64,000 bases of DNA, taken from the NCBI RefSeq assembly GCF_009914755.1, contig NC_060926.1. One strand, 5' to 3'. Source of the DNA: the human T2T-CHM13v2.0 reference genome, Homo sapiens. The position numbers were made by a program, and so were the translations under genes. The notes below the pieces were generated by a model that was not told where the DNA came from, ran no database searches, and worked only from the letters and a program-made list of their open reading frames with translations. Below, in pieces: positions 31,887-46,058 of this stretch (position 1 is its first letter; each line of letters opens with the position of its first letter).

Positions 31887-33397
31887 ATTATTTTCTAAGA
31901 AAAAAATTGAAGCACGATATTCTCATTTCTTATTAAAAGCTTAGTGGAAACAATTGATTTTAAAAATTTCTTGAATATACCAATTTATTTAAAATAACCA
32001 TTTGAAAATTATACACTATTATGACAGAAATGTTTAATATATTTAAAAACAAATGCTAATGAAGGAACTATATTTCAAAAGTATAAAATACTGATGAAGA
32101 GGTAGTTGGGGGAATTTATCTTTGAAAACATACAATTAACAAATAAACATATTAAAAAGTACGGAGTCTAGGTTTTATCCAACAATGTTAGAAGAGGAAA
32201 CACAAATAAATTTCCAGAATAAAGTAACTTAGATAAATTAGTTCAACAGCATCAAAAGAAAGAATGATGTTTATTTTCTAGAAACTGATGAAAATGTGAA
32301 ATAATACTAATATAAATAAACTTTTATTGATATCCATGAAGAAAAACAGTGAAAATATTTATAATTAGGAACTGAGAAACTTACAGAAAAATTAGAGACA
32401 AAATAAAACATTATACAAAAATTTAAATTTTTGTATATTTTTATGCAAAATGCAATTTTCTTCCTATGAAATAAATAATGAGCAATTATTAATAAAGATT
32501 GGAAACTTTTTTAAATGTAGGATATTAAAATTTGTCAATATTGATTACAATTAAAAATAAAACAATAGATTTATAACCACAGTTGCTGAAATATATTTAT
32601 TGAAATGTTTTAACATTCATGACTTTTCAGAAAAATATTATAGAAAACTAGGAATCAAAAGAAGCTTCATAATCTCAATAACAAATGCTTACAAAAATAT
32701 CAACAAATACACTTTATGTGATAGAACTTTAAAAGCGTTTCTTGGGAAGCTGGTAGCAAGGAAAAGATGTTACATTTCCTGTCTCTGGTTCTTGTTGTGC
32801 TGACAACACAAGTAAATCACTATGACACTCAGACACAGGCACACAGTGATTAGGATTGAAAATAAGCAAAATATTTATGGCAATATTTTGTTACTTTCTA
32901 CACAGAAAGCTACAAACTATTAAAATAATAGTACTTGTTTAGTCTGAAATCAATCCAAAAACCTGTAGCATTTTATATGTAATCAACAACAGTTTTGAAA
33001 ATTGAATAAACAGAAACATCTCATGGACCATGCAAACACATATGAAGGTTGGACAACCATATATTTTTATTCACCTGAGAGAGACCCACTGTATACTTCT
33101 TGTCATGTCACATCTGATCTGATATTCCAAAAGTTTATCAGCATAGGTAATAAATTCTTTTACCAATCTATCTATAGTTTACCTAGGAAGAAATTTAGCA
33201 AACGATTAACCAAGGTCATTATGGAATAAAACTGTTACACTTTTTTTTCCAAAGTCATAAAAAATGTTCTGAATATATATGCAATCTGCTGTAATAATGA
33301 AGTAACAAAATTATGAAGAACACCTTTCTTCTAAGTATTCTATACATTTAATGCAATTTCAATTCAACTCTCACCAGGATTTAATCAGAAAACTTGA

Positions 33398-33734
<337 letters not shown>

Positions 33735-33863
33735 TGATTTTCAACATGGGCTGAGGAGAAGTTAGAAGACAAGATTAGCTCAGAGCCAGACTCTCAACAT
33801 GTAAGAATTTGATGTATTACTGAAATGGCACTATAAAACAAATAGTTATTAAAAGTAAAAACT

Positions 33864-34149
<286 letters not shown>

Positions 34150-35520
34150 AAAAGTAAAAACTTCAAAATTTGCTTGGAAAAGTTGCTTATAAATATATAA
34201 AAATATGAAGTAAGACTTCTATCCCGCATTATAATGAACAATTATTCTAGGTAAATTAACTATCTACATAAGAAATAATGTTTAAACTTTGAAAAAAAGG
34301 TGGAGAATTAAATATTTATAGTGAGCATAGTGAAGTATTTCTTAAGCAAAAGACATGAAAAGCATACATCTGAAAGGAAAGGATTCAAGAACTTGAGCAT
34401 ATTAAACTTTAAAACTTCTTTGACATAAACTACTGCATAAGACACCTAAAGACACCAAAGAAAGAAAAAAGATGCTTGCAATGTATATGACAAAGATAAA
34501 TTAGTATTAACTTTATATTTAAAATTATATCAATCAATAGAAAAAAGCAATACACAGAGACAAAAGATTATTTGTAATTTGTTCACAATGAGGGGGTCTA
34601 AATCATGATAACCAATAAAAAATTATCTACATCAGCAGTAGTAATGTAAATCAAAATCACAATGAGATATCACTTGACACTTTTCATACTGGCAAAATTA
34701 GAAATCTGACTTCACCATGTGTTGATAAAGTTTCAAAACAATGAAAACTCAACATAAATCACTTTTAGAATTTTAAATGTGTTTCTGACACTTTAATCAT
34801 TTTCACAATATCTAACATGCTTGAGGGTGAACAATTCTACCCCTAGGAGAAATTCTGGTAGATGCACAAAAGAGATCCGTACAAAGAATCTTTATTCTAG
34901 GATTACTTTTAAGGGCAACAAATGTCTCCCTAGATCTTACTCAACTCCTATACATTTCTTAAGAAACAAACAAATCCGTTAGTTACACAATTTTTACAAA
35001 TTGGTGAACATGTTATAACTCTCTTACTTCCTAGGGCATGATATTTCTCTTTTTGTCATCTAGCTCTCAAAATGGAAAACAAAAATCATCATGATTCTCT
35101 CCAAAAGAATTGCTCGTTATCACAGTAGTACCTAAATGTGTCCAGATTTAGAATCACCTGCAGCCTTTGGTAAAAGAGAATTGCCCTTCCATTATTACTA
35201 TAGTAAGTGGTTCTTTGCTGGGACTTAAACAAGCAGCTCAGGTAATTTGTTTTGACTAATTCCTTTAATTGCTTTGCATCGTGTCTCCATGGACGGGCAT
35301 CAAAGCCTAGAATGGGGACATTCTCTGAATGTCAGGTGGTTGTTTTTTTGGATCACAAGACACACTCCATCCTCATCTCGGAACTTCTCACAGAGTGGTA
35401 GTGATGATGACAAAGTCAAAGCCATCATAGAAAACACAATGAGGGAAGTGACAGCAATATGTTAGCACTTCATTCTTCGCTCTTAACTGAGAAAAAAGGA
35501 AATAACCCAAAATCAATTAA

Positions 35521-35661
35521 CCTATTTATGCCGGAGTTTGCAATTTTTTTGAATTTTTGCATAAGTGAAAAATCAGACCTTAGCAATAATCTTGAGCAGC
35601 AGGATATAAATAACTCCCACATACTTAGCATTCCAATAATGGAACACTAGGCATAAGTGGG
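35521..35661 (-). mobile_element. MER85 (piggyBac/PGBD3-derived MITE), full length
   Basis: 141 bp; TIRs cctatttatgcc / ggcataagtggg; TTAA target duplication on both sides (35517-35520, 35662-35665); internal palindrome attccaataatggaac. Confidence 0.93.
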
Positions 35662-36269
35662 TTAATGGGGACAGGGAGAATGGTGCTGAAAAAGCAGGGC
35701 GGGAAAAACACCTAATGCTGAAAGAGAAGCTGAGAGGACAACTTCGTTAAGGATTTTTAAAGGGATAGTATTTTTTTTTCTTCAAAGGCAATTCAATTGC
35801 TTGTTTTTTTTTACATGCATGTCATAGCCCATTCCCTAGCCATCTCCACTTCCTCCTTTATAATATTTGTTGTTCTTCTGAAAGATAGGAGTGTTCATTA
35901 TTTTTGCAAATTACGGTGGTTGCGTCTATTTCAAAAAATATGTTAATTGTGCCTGCAGTCAAGGATCTTCAAGCATAGTTAACTGGACAAGTTGTCAGTG
36001 AAAGAACTACAGGAAAACAACGTCCTTAATTCCATGGGGATGAGGACTCAGGTATCCACTGAAAATACGCATCCCAGAGCTAAGCATAATCTAAAGGGTC
36101 ATGTCAGCAATGCCCACAATAACAAAAAAAGTGCTCTTTGAAATCAGTTAATTAATTAAGTATCCTATGAGACACAAAGAATGTTACTCTGTGCAAGGAA
36201 CATATATTTTCTTAAAATTACTGGAGTTCTGTAGCAGAAATTGACTGAAGCACAAAAGAAAGATGATGA

Positions 36270-36530
36270 AATTTTAGCTCCATCTCTTCTCGACTCTTCA
36301 GTCTTCATTAGTTGAACTCCTCTTCCACAGTTTTCACATTACCAGAGGTTGCAAATTTTTTTGAATTCTCGTAAGTGAAAAATCAGACCTTGGCAATGAC
36401 CTTGAGCCATAGGATACAATGTGTCACATTGTGCCCATCATGGAGTGATCATAAAAATTGAAGATAATGCATGCACCGTACTCAGTGCAATGCCAAGAAG
36501 GTGTTCTTAAAATACAAGCTACCATTATCA
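36270..36530 (+). mobile_element. MIR interrupted by a MER85 fragment
   Basis: cacagttttcacatt | ...aaattgaagataatgcatgcaccgtactcagtgcaatgcc. Confidence 0.55.
36342..36416 (-). mobile_element. MER85 internal fragment without TIRs
   Basis: ccagaggttgcaaatttttttgaatt...taagtgaaaaatcagaccttggcaatgaccttgagc aligns to 35531-35606. Confidence 0.9.
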
Positions 36531-36899
36531 TGATATGGAAACTATGCTAGTCCAGAAGTCAAAAGAACTGCATAATTTTCCTAACACTTTTGTATGCTCT
36601 TGGAACATGTCCAGTCCCTACACAGATCTTCTCTCATGGAAAATGAGAAGGATGGATTGGGTCTCTTCTTGCAAAAGCCAGAGTACCAAGCAACAGAGAA
36701 ACCCTAGCTACAAAAGAATCACCCACGGGATTTTAGAAAACATGGCATGCTGGCAATTGGGCATTTATTTGCCTGTTCACCTTATGAGTGTCTTCTTGTG
36801 TTTAAGTAATTTCTGACCCTGACAAATGTCATTCAGTGCCTCCCAATCAATCATCTGTCTGGCTTTGTCTGGGCTAGGTCAGACTGGATATTCCTCAGA

Positions 36900-37744
36900 T
36901 AGTGGAACACTCTGTCTCAGGGAAGGCTGACAAAAACACTACAGATCTATTGCTGCTACAGTAATTTCATTGCCAATGGCCAGTAATTGACCTAGGAAAT
37001 GGCACATAAATCAGCTGTGGCAATGAGATGTGAGGTGAATGGATTCTGATACATATTTCCATCTCAGAACAAAATGGAAACTGTGAGGAAAGAACCCACT
37101 GACATCTTTTCTCCTTGCCTTGAAATTGATATTGGGTGGGAAGACGTTGCTTCAAGCATCACAGTTATATTGGGAGCAGGAGGTAGGTGACAAGCTGAAA
37201 GGGTAAGTGGAACAGAATGAATGAGAGACCATTGCTGCACTAAACCTGGATCCTACATTCAGGCTTATTATGTGAGGTAACTTGAGGTCTTTATATTTAA
37301 ACCTAAATCCATTACAAAATTCTACTGTAAGACCCAACCTTTTTCTATAGCCTCAGAGGACAGATAACCACTTTTTATAAGCTTCTCTTGCTGTTAGGGC
37401 ATGGGCACAGGATCTAGTCGTCTCAGCCACAAACTGGCTGCATCCACCTAATTCTTGAATCTTGAATTATTGGCACAAAGAAGCAGGCAAGAGAGAATTC
37501 ATGAACTTTCCAGGCAGCTATGGCTACCATTTGCGGGCACTGGGGACTCAGGAGCAGCGGTTGGCTGTGAAGTGCATTCACTGTGGTCCTCTCTGCTCTG
37601 TGTCACTGCGAGCTTCTGAAGTTTGCTTCTTCAGCATTTCTCAAGATCTAAGAACTTCCCATTATCCTTTCAATATACTCCCTTTTGCTAAAGTTAGCCT
37701 GGGTTGGTTTCAACTGTTTGGAAATGACAGTCATGATTGATACA
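36900..37744 (+). mobile_element. Old ERVL/MaLR LTR relics; the 3' part (~37330-37744) is LTR33-like
   Basis: Ends ccttttgctaaagttagcctgggttggtttc...gattgataca; the 5' part has ggcaatgagatgtgagg. Confidence 0.55.
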
Positions 37745-38699
37745 TAAATATTCTTGGGCAAAGTTTATAGTGGTTTATGGTGGGACTCAGAAGTAGGCAT
37801 TCTTAAAAGATTCCCAAGTGGTTCAGATTATCAGCTGAAACTGAAGCTCACTGAACAAAGTGACCTCTCAGGGACTTTTCAGTGTTGAAATTGTTTCAAT
37901 TTCTGTTTCATGCTTTTCAGATACAGATGAGATGCTCATTTTCAAACCCCTGATGAGCAAAACCAGCCTTAGGTGAAACTCTCAGTTTAGCTAAGTTTCT
38001 TTTAAGAGGCAGCTTAGCTCCAGCTATTTCTCATGCCATTCTTAGCATCTTGTGATCAGAAGCTCACCTGCATTCAACTTTCTCACAGTGCACAAACACC
38101 CCCATTCTCTGATCCTTATGAAAAGCATTCTTTTGAAACGAAGAATCTAATAGCAATCATTCACTTTTTAGTCTGAATGCAAGCCATTTTTGTTTTCTTT
38201 TAAAAACATTAACATTTAGTTTTCTATTTCAACGTGGAAAAATGATGTTCCGTCTGGAGAAATGTGAACACCAGGAACATAAAATGAATGGCTTAATATG
38301 TGAAATGGAAATTTAATTCCAGATTCCAGGAAGTTGGACAGATGTTTACTTATCTTACCTAGGAATAAAGAAAGATGTTCTAAGATGGGGTATACAAGTG
38401 ATTAAATTTGAAACTACTTTTAGGTATTTGATGGGATGCCTGATAAAATCAATAATGGGTTGTATTTTGGACCAAGATCAATGGGTAAATATGACAAGCA
38501 CATTTATTTTCACTTAAAAAAAGCGGGAAAAAATAGCTTTTACTGAATATATCTGTATTTAACATGGGTAAATATAAAGCTCCAGAAAAGCTCATGTTTT
38601 ATTAACCATAGTATCTCGATTTGGAAAGAGATAAAATGTTCTCCAGGTTACTGTCACTCTTCAGAAGCCTTTTGTGAAAGAAACTATTAACTAGTGAAC

Positions 38700-38900
38700 C
38701 TGCCCCCTGCATAGACATTATGATAGACTTTGTTTCTTCATGTTCTCATAATAATTTTGTGAGGTGAGTAATACCTATACGTTGCTTAGATGAGAACCCC
38801 AAGGTTCAGAGAGTTTTGTTAGTTCATGATTACACAACATATAAATAGCAGCACAGCTGGAACTCAAACTCATGCCCTGAAAGCCAGTGTTTCCTACAAC
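38700..38900 (-). mobile_element. MIR
   Basis: ttctcataataattttgtgaggtgagta...agatgagaaccccaaggttcagagag...ggaactcaaactc. Confidence 0.7.
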
Positions 38901-40354
38901 CCTTTACAGTCATATTTTAAGAGAAAAAAAATTCTAGGAAGCATTCCCAGGAGCAATGAGTTCCACGGAATTAGAAATTTATAAATGGAGGCCCCCTTGG
39001 CTTGATAAATTTAATAGTCTTTATCACTGCTGAAAAATTAAACCTGTTCCTTGAGGACCTGTGCTGTGTCTGGACACAGTGAAGAAACCTCGTTCCTCTA
39101 GGCAGAGCCTGGGAAGCCCCATGTGCCTCTGTGCGTGGATAGACTCTCCTCCTGGCCTGGGATGAATATGTAGAAAGCTGATGTTCCATGTGATATAAAT
39201 GCCTTTAGGACCAGACTGCATCCTCTTCATTTGTTTCACAACGTTTATCAAGTGTCTGACATAGAAATGCTGCTCAGTAAATATTTGTGGAGTCCCTCAC
39301 AGCCAAAGGCAGAGTTCTCAATAAAGTAAAAACTGCAAACGTTGTGTGGCAATGTCTTCTTGCCCTGTGTGTTTCCAGATCTGAAAGAACTGATGTCAGC
39401 ACACGCCATTCATTCACAGCATTTGAATCTTGCTGCACCTTCTGATGCAGCTTTAGGAAATATATAGAATTTTTCAGAATGAATACTATGTAAAGTTGAA
39501 AAATCATCTCATTTTTTCTTTTACCCAAAGTAGTTGCTGACAATCCTTGCCAAGTTGAGAGATACTGAAACCCCAGATATTGATGTGAAACATTAGGAAA
39601 TTATTCTACTAGGAATCCTTCTTGATGAACAATTAAATCTCATTCTTACTCTGAAATTATAGAAATAAGTTTAACAATTGCTCTAAGCTTCCTTTTTTAG
39701 AGTATCTTCTAGGGTAACAATTTAGTAGAAAAGTAACTGCATGTTGCTATTTGAGAAATTCTGCCATTGTGAATTATCAATATGTTCAGTGGAACATTGT
39801 TCATTGAAGACAATGAAGGCCATTTCATAAAGACAATAAAACAGCATTTATGAAGTGACTTCCCTTGGGAATTCAGTAGAGTGAATACAGGCTTTGCAAA
39901 TCAGCAACACTTGGCTCACATCTTCTGCTGACACGTATAAGCTAGGTGGATCCTTCAGCAGGTGTGATTTTTCTGCATCCACAGAGTTACAATAATGATA
40001 TTTCCCTCACCCATATGCTACATGGTTAAATGAGATTATGTGCATGTGTAATCGTGAGTATAATTTTAAGACATGCAATTTTTGACCAACACTACTTTCT
40101 CACATTGTGAAGTAAAATAATATCACTTTGTTGATGTTACTTTGTGGTTAGATAGAGATAAGATGACATAAGAGGTGCACCCTGTGCTGTGTGACCTTGG
40201 ATGGGTCATATAATCTTTTAGAATCTCAGGTTTTCTGTCTATGAAGGACAAGAGTTACACATTTTCATGGTTGGTGTGTGTCATTAACCCAAAACCTAAT
40301 ACAAAGCAGGGTTGTAAGAAAGACCTGTTTTAACTGGCTGAGTGTAGTCAAATA

Positions 40355-40679
40355 CAGTCATCCCTCAGCATTCACGGATAATTGGTTCCAGGACCCACAC
40401 AGATACCAAAATCTATGAATGCTGCATTCTCTCATATAAAATGGCATTGTATTTGCATATAACCTATGCACTTTCTCCACACATAGATTGCTTATAATAC
40501 CTAGTACAATGTGATGCCATGTAAATAGTAGTTATATTAAAGCAATAATGGCAAGGAAAAAAAGTCTGTCCATGTTCACTACAAATGCAAACATCCTCTT
40601 TAGTTTTATTTAGAATATGTTCCCTCTATGGTTGATTGAATCCATGGACGTAGAACCCATGGATATGGAAACCTGACTA
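40355..40679 (+). mobile_element. MER2 (TcMar-Tigger MITE)
   Basis: ta|cagtcatccctcagcattcacggataattggttccaggacc...gaacccatggatatgg. Confidence 0.88.
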
Positions 40680-41519
40680 CATATCACTGGTGGCATTGAG
40701 AAGCTCCTTTAGAAAAGCATCAGGTCTTTCTGAGAAGGCAGGTATGGCCTAATGGAGCGGGTCCTCATCAGAAAGCCAGTTTTCCACAATGGTCATCTTG
40801 ACTCTGTTCTTTGTTGGTGCCATGATTTTCTGCCTGCAAAGGCTACTGTCATTCTATTGGCTATAGCCAAGAATGTGGCATAGCTTACTGCAAATAGCAA
40901 AACTGGGCCATTGTCTCTGTTAGAGACTTAAAAAGCTGAGCTTTTTGATGGCTGTACCACTTCTTCAGTTATATTCTGTGGCAGCTCCTGCCAACACATG
41001 AAGATAATGAATTAAAAAAACTCTTCTTAATGGATAGTTCAATACCCATTTTATTAATTTATTGCAAAGGTCAATGAAGTGTAAGATACACTAAGTAGTA
41101 GCTGTTCTGTAATTCTCTGCTTCAAGACTGGGGAAGTAGGAAACTTGTCACACCTCCTAAGGCGATCATCTGCATGCCTTTCCATCCTATTTGTTTCACA
41201 TTAGATATGAGTTACAACTCCTGATTACAATTAATTGTCCCAAAGGATTATCATAAAACTAATTTCTAGTTAAAGAATATCGAGGAACCATAAAAATGAT
41301 CACATAGATACTGGTGTTTTATAAATGAACACACCTAATTTTTATAGTTTTAAAATAAGATACTTTTCAAAAAGGCCCTATAATAGTCAAGCACTTTAAC
41401 CCAATGCAAACTCTCCCGTCCAGCATGGACAGATAATGCACTGTTTTGGTTCAGTTTTGTGTTTGTTTCTCTGTTTAATTATGCTAAGATCTAGCCATAT
41501 TTCTAGCTATGCAAGAAAA

Positions 41520-41800
41520 TCAAGAAGCATAGTAGTTATAAGCACAGGTTTGGGGATCAAAAAGATATATTCTAGAACCTTGATGTATCACCTAGAAATT
41601 CTGTGACCTTGAACAAGTTACTTATCCTTTGCAACCCCAGTTTACCTATCTATACAATCAGGACAACAGCGAGTATTGAAGACAGATTCTGTGTAATTCA
41701 AATAAAATAATATAATTAGTATTTCTAGCTTAGTTCCTGGAACATAATAACTGCCAAACCGGTTTAATTATTATTGTTATTATCATTATTCTTATTATAA
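41520..41800 (+). mobile_element. MIR
   Basis: ctgtgaccttgaacaagttacttatcc...cagtttacctatctatacaat; (ATT)n tail. Confidence 0.75.
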
Positions 41801-42366
41801 ACATCATCACTATTAAGAAAGAATTTACAGTGGAAGCAAAGTAAGAAGGAAGGCAAGTATGAAGCTAATCTAGCCAATCTCCAGGTAATCCAAACCCCTG
41901 AAGCAAACATTAGCACAAGGGAAAGAGTGTATTATTACAAGACCTACTACAGCTTTATGATTATTAGACCTCGATAAGCATGTGATAGACACAAATGGAC
42001 AGCTTTCATTTGTCCAGGGAAATGTGACCTGTGAAATGCATCTGGCTGGAAGGTTTTGCTTTTCAGCTGTGCACTTATATTATGGGGCTGGTCCTTCTGG
42101 TGTTACTCTGCGTTATATGCAAGTAATCAAATTTTCCTTCCTGTTAAAGATGCTCTTATTTTGTTCTCTAAATTCTTTGATTCTTTTTGGTATAATAAAC
42201 ATCAGATATCAATAGGCAAATATTACTTAGATGAACTTTGCTGAATAATTGATTTCCTCAAAGCCCCAATACAATCGCTTATGAAAGGACTATATCTTAG
42301 AATGTTGACTTTCTCCCCAATCACTTTTGGGGATTCCTTGGAGCAGATCTGTAATGTCAGCCTTGC

Positions 42367-42498
42367 TTTTTAAGTGTTTTTAAGAGATGGACTCTCACTG
42401 TGTTGCGCAGGCTGGCTTTGGACTCATGTGCTGAAACAATCCTCCAGCCTCAGCCTTCCAAGTAGCTGGGACTACAGGTGCAAACTACTGTGCCTGGA
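42367..42498 (-). mobile_element. FLAM / Alu monomer
   Basis: agagatggactctcactgtgttgcgcaggctgg...tagctgggactacagg. Confidence 0.88.
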
Positions 42499-43214
42499 TG
42501 ACATGAATAAACTCTGGAGTAGATTTTAAAAGGAGAAGGAAGGATAAATCCTCAATTAAAAGTGTATGAGGAACTTGGCTTGGCAGAATGCAATTACTGA
42601 ATTTAGAAAAGGGCCAAGATATCAAGATTAACAGCAACATCTGAAATGTATACGCACACACGTGTGTCTTCGGACATGTATAATGATCACTTTCTTTCAG
42701 AACGCCAACACCCACTTTTAATCCTCAAGCCTCAAAGTGGAAAGAACTATGTGGAGTCAGCTCAATCCAGTTTTTCTGAAACAAAGCTGGCATGTGGTTG
42801 AAATGCTTCAGGGACAAGATACATTGTTCTGAAGGCTCATGGCACCAGATAGGGAAAAAAAAAAAAAAAAAAAAAAAACAAGAAAAAACCCTCCAATCTC
42901 AGAGATGAGGCACCTTCTGGAAACTCCTACTCTCAAGTGTCCAGAGAATGTTACTGACAATTTTTATTATTACAAATGTGTCCAGGCAAGATGGTATGTG
43001 ATGTTCCCTTTGTGCTTCCCCTGCGCTAGGTTGGGTGGGGGAGGATGTTGAAGAAGAGTTTATCAGGCTCTGTGGGGCAATAGAGTGGATCCAGAGTGAC
43101 CCCCCTTCTCCACTGTCACCTTGTCATGGAGGTCATGATGGTGAGATATTAAAGGTCACTTTGAGAAAAAATAAGAGGTCTTCATTATGAGGTATGTTGA
43201 AAGAGTTCTATAGT

Positions 43215-43521
<307 letters not shown>

Positions 43522-44285
43522 CTATAGTACCGAATCAAAGTTCCATAGAGACGTCAGGGTCCAGCTGAAAGTTATAATTAATCAGGAAGGTGATTAATAG
43601 ATGCATTTCAGCTGGCAAATTGTAGCTGGGAGAATTACACTTGGCAAGCCACGATGTTATAATCTGCACAAGGCAATGAGTTGTGGCTGTATGATTTCAG
43701 GTGCCCTTACGTGTTACTGCAGAAGGAAAGAAAGCATCTCATCAGCTGCCAGCCAAAAAAAAATAAGGAAAAGAAAGTTTGTTTGGATTGCTAATATGTA
43801 TCAATGCCAGTGGGGGAGTCATAATATTTTTTCCCAAATCTTTTATGATGGTGGCTGGTACAAGACTAGATTCCAGAAAACTAGCTATTAATAGAGGGGC
43901 CTCCACTGAGACGAGGGAAGACACAGGGGTCAGGGAAGTGGGAACTCCAGGTGCACTGCAAAACTCTCCAGGGAGGGTCAGGATGACAGCAAATCCAGAG
44001 TACCCAAGGCAGAGATCACTGCCCAAAAGACGTAGAGATGACAATCTTTCCTCTAGAGGCATGACAGTAGACAATTTGGGATCAAGTGGGAATGACAGAG
44101 TCTGGTCTTGAGGGTACTGGCCTCTGAGAGCTACTGTGACTGCTAATGATCTTTTTTCAGGATTGACAGGAATATAAATTGTAGACACTTCAACCTATCT
44201 GAATGTTAGATCCCAGGGATAAACTAAGGTAACTGTGTACCAGGCTCAATGAATAGGTACATTAATAGTAATTCTTTGCTAAGTA

Positions 44286-46058
44286 CAGTAGTTATCCCTA
44301 ATCTGAAAGGGATAACTCACGGCTCCCAGTGCATGTCTGAAACTGTGAATAAAACTAAACCCTATATGTGGGTCTACTATGTTTTTCTAATTTTGTATTT
44401 TTGGTTGATATGTTATAGTTGTACATATTTTGGGCATTTATGTGATATTCTGATACCTGTATACAATGTACAATGATCAAATAAGTGTAAACAGGCCATC
44501 CAGCACCTCAAACATTTATCTTTGTTTTGCGAGCATTACAATTCCTCTCTTCTAGCTATTTTGAAATATACAATAAATTATTTTAACTATAATCTATGTA
44601 CTATAATATCAAATACTAGAACTTAGTCCTTTTACTGTATGTTTGTATACTTTACCCAACTTCCCATCATACCCTGCTCCCTGCTTTCCCTTCACAGACT
44701 ATGGTAACCATCATTCAACTCTCCAGCTCCATTAGATCCTGTTTTTTTTTGCTCCCACCTGTGAGTGAGAACATGTGATGTTTATCTTTCTGTGCCTGGC
44801 TTATTTCAGTTAATATAATGACCTCCACCTCTATTCATGGTGCTGCAAATCGCAAGATTTCATTCTTATTGTTGCTGAATATTTCATTGTGTATATATAC
44901 CACGTTTTCATTATCCATTCATTCGTTGATGGATGCTTACGTTGATTCCATATCTTGGGTATTGTGAATAGTCCTTCAATAAACATGGGGGTGCAGACAT
45001 CTGTTTGATACTGAGTTCCATTCTTTTGGATATATATCCAGTAGTGGAATTGATGGATTATATGGTCGTTCTATTTGTAGCTTTTTGAGGAACCGCTATA
45101 CTATTTTCCATAATGGCGACAGTACTTTACATTTCCATTAACATCGTAGGGGCATTCCCCTTTCTCTGCATCATCACAATCATTTATTTTTTGTCTGTTT
45201 TATAGTGCCTTTCTAACTTGGATGAGATGATATTTCATTGTGATTTTTATTTGTGTTTCCCTGATGATTAGCAATGTTGAGCATTGGCCATTTGTATGTC
45301 TTCTTTTGAGAAATGTTTATTCAGGTCTTTTGCAAATTTTTAATCAAGTTATTTGTTTTTTTTTCTGTTGAGTTGTTTGAGTCCCGTATACATTCTGCTT
45401 ATTAATTCCTTATCACATGGATAATTTGAAAATATCTTCTTCCATTCTGTAGGTTGTCTCTTTACTTTATTAGTTGTTCCTTTGGGGAAAGGACAGTCTC
45501 TTTAAAAAATGGTGCTGGGGAAACTGGCTATCCATAAGCAGAAGAATGAAACTGGATCCCCATTTTACATTATATATAAAAATCAACTCAAAATAGATTA
45601 ACATCTTAAGTGTAAGTCTAAAACTATCAAACTGCTAGAAAAAATAAAAACATTGAGGAAACCCTATAGAACATTGGTCTGGGAAAATATTATTTTCTGT
45701 AAGACCTCAAAAGCATAGGCAACAAAAGCAAAAATAGACAAATGGGATTACACTGAGCTAGAAAAGTTTCTGCACAGTACTAAATTTTTTCCATTTGATA
45801 TTCAAGACAGCTATTAAGTGACTAATGGGGAAGGGATGTGTATACAGCATGGATGAACTGGCCAAAGGGATGACTCATGTCCCAGGCATGACAAAGCAAG
45901 AAGGCACGAGATTTCATCGTGCTACTCAGAATAAGGCAGAATTTAAAACTTATGAATGGCTTATTCCCATAATTTTCTATTTAATATTTTTGGACCACAG
46001 TTGACCATGAGTAAGTGAAATCATGAAAAGCAAAACCATGAATAAGGGGGGATTACTG
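44286..46058 (+). mobile_element. MER44A (Tigger7-derived MITE), split by an L1MA
   Basis: ta|cagtagttatccctaatc ... gaataaggggggattactg|ta TIRs; the halves are 44286-44387 and 45778-46058. Confidence 0.85.
44388..45777 (-). mobile_element. L1MA-type LINE with a 5' inversion (minus 44388-45483, plus 45483-45777)
   Basis: Antisense L1MA 3'UTR and ORF2 end, then a sense segment tggggaaaggacagtctc...ttctgcacag; degenerate TSD tacta(tg/aa)tttttc. Confidence 0.88.

Noticed and set aside
43742-44188. 148-aa minus-strand ORF with an overlapping 110-aa plus-strand ORF
   Set aside because: No recognisable domain, a non-ATG start and no clear splice context; probably chance or an old repeat.
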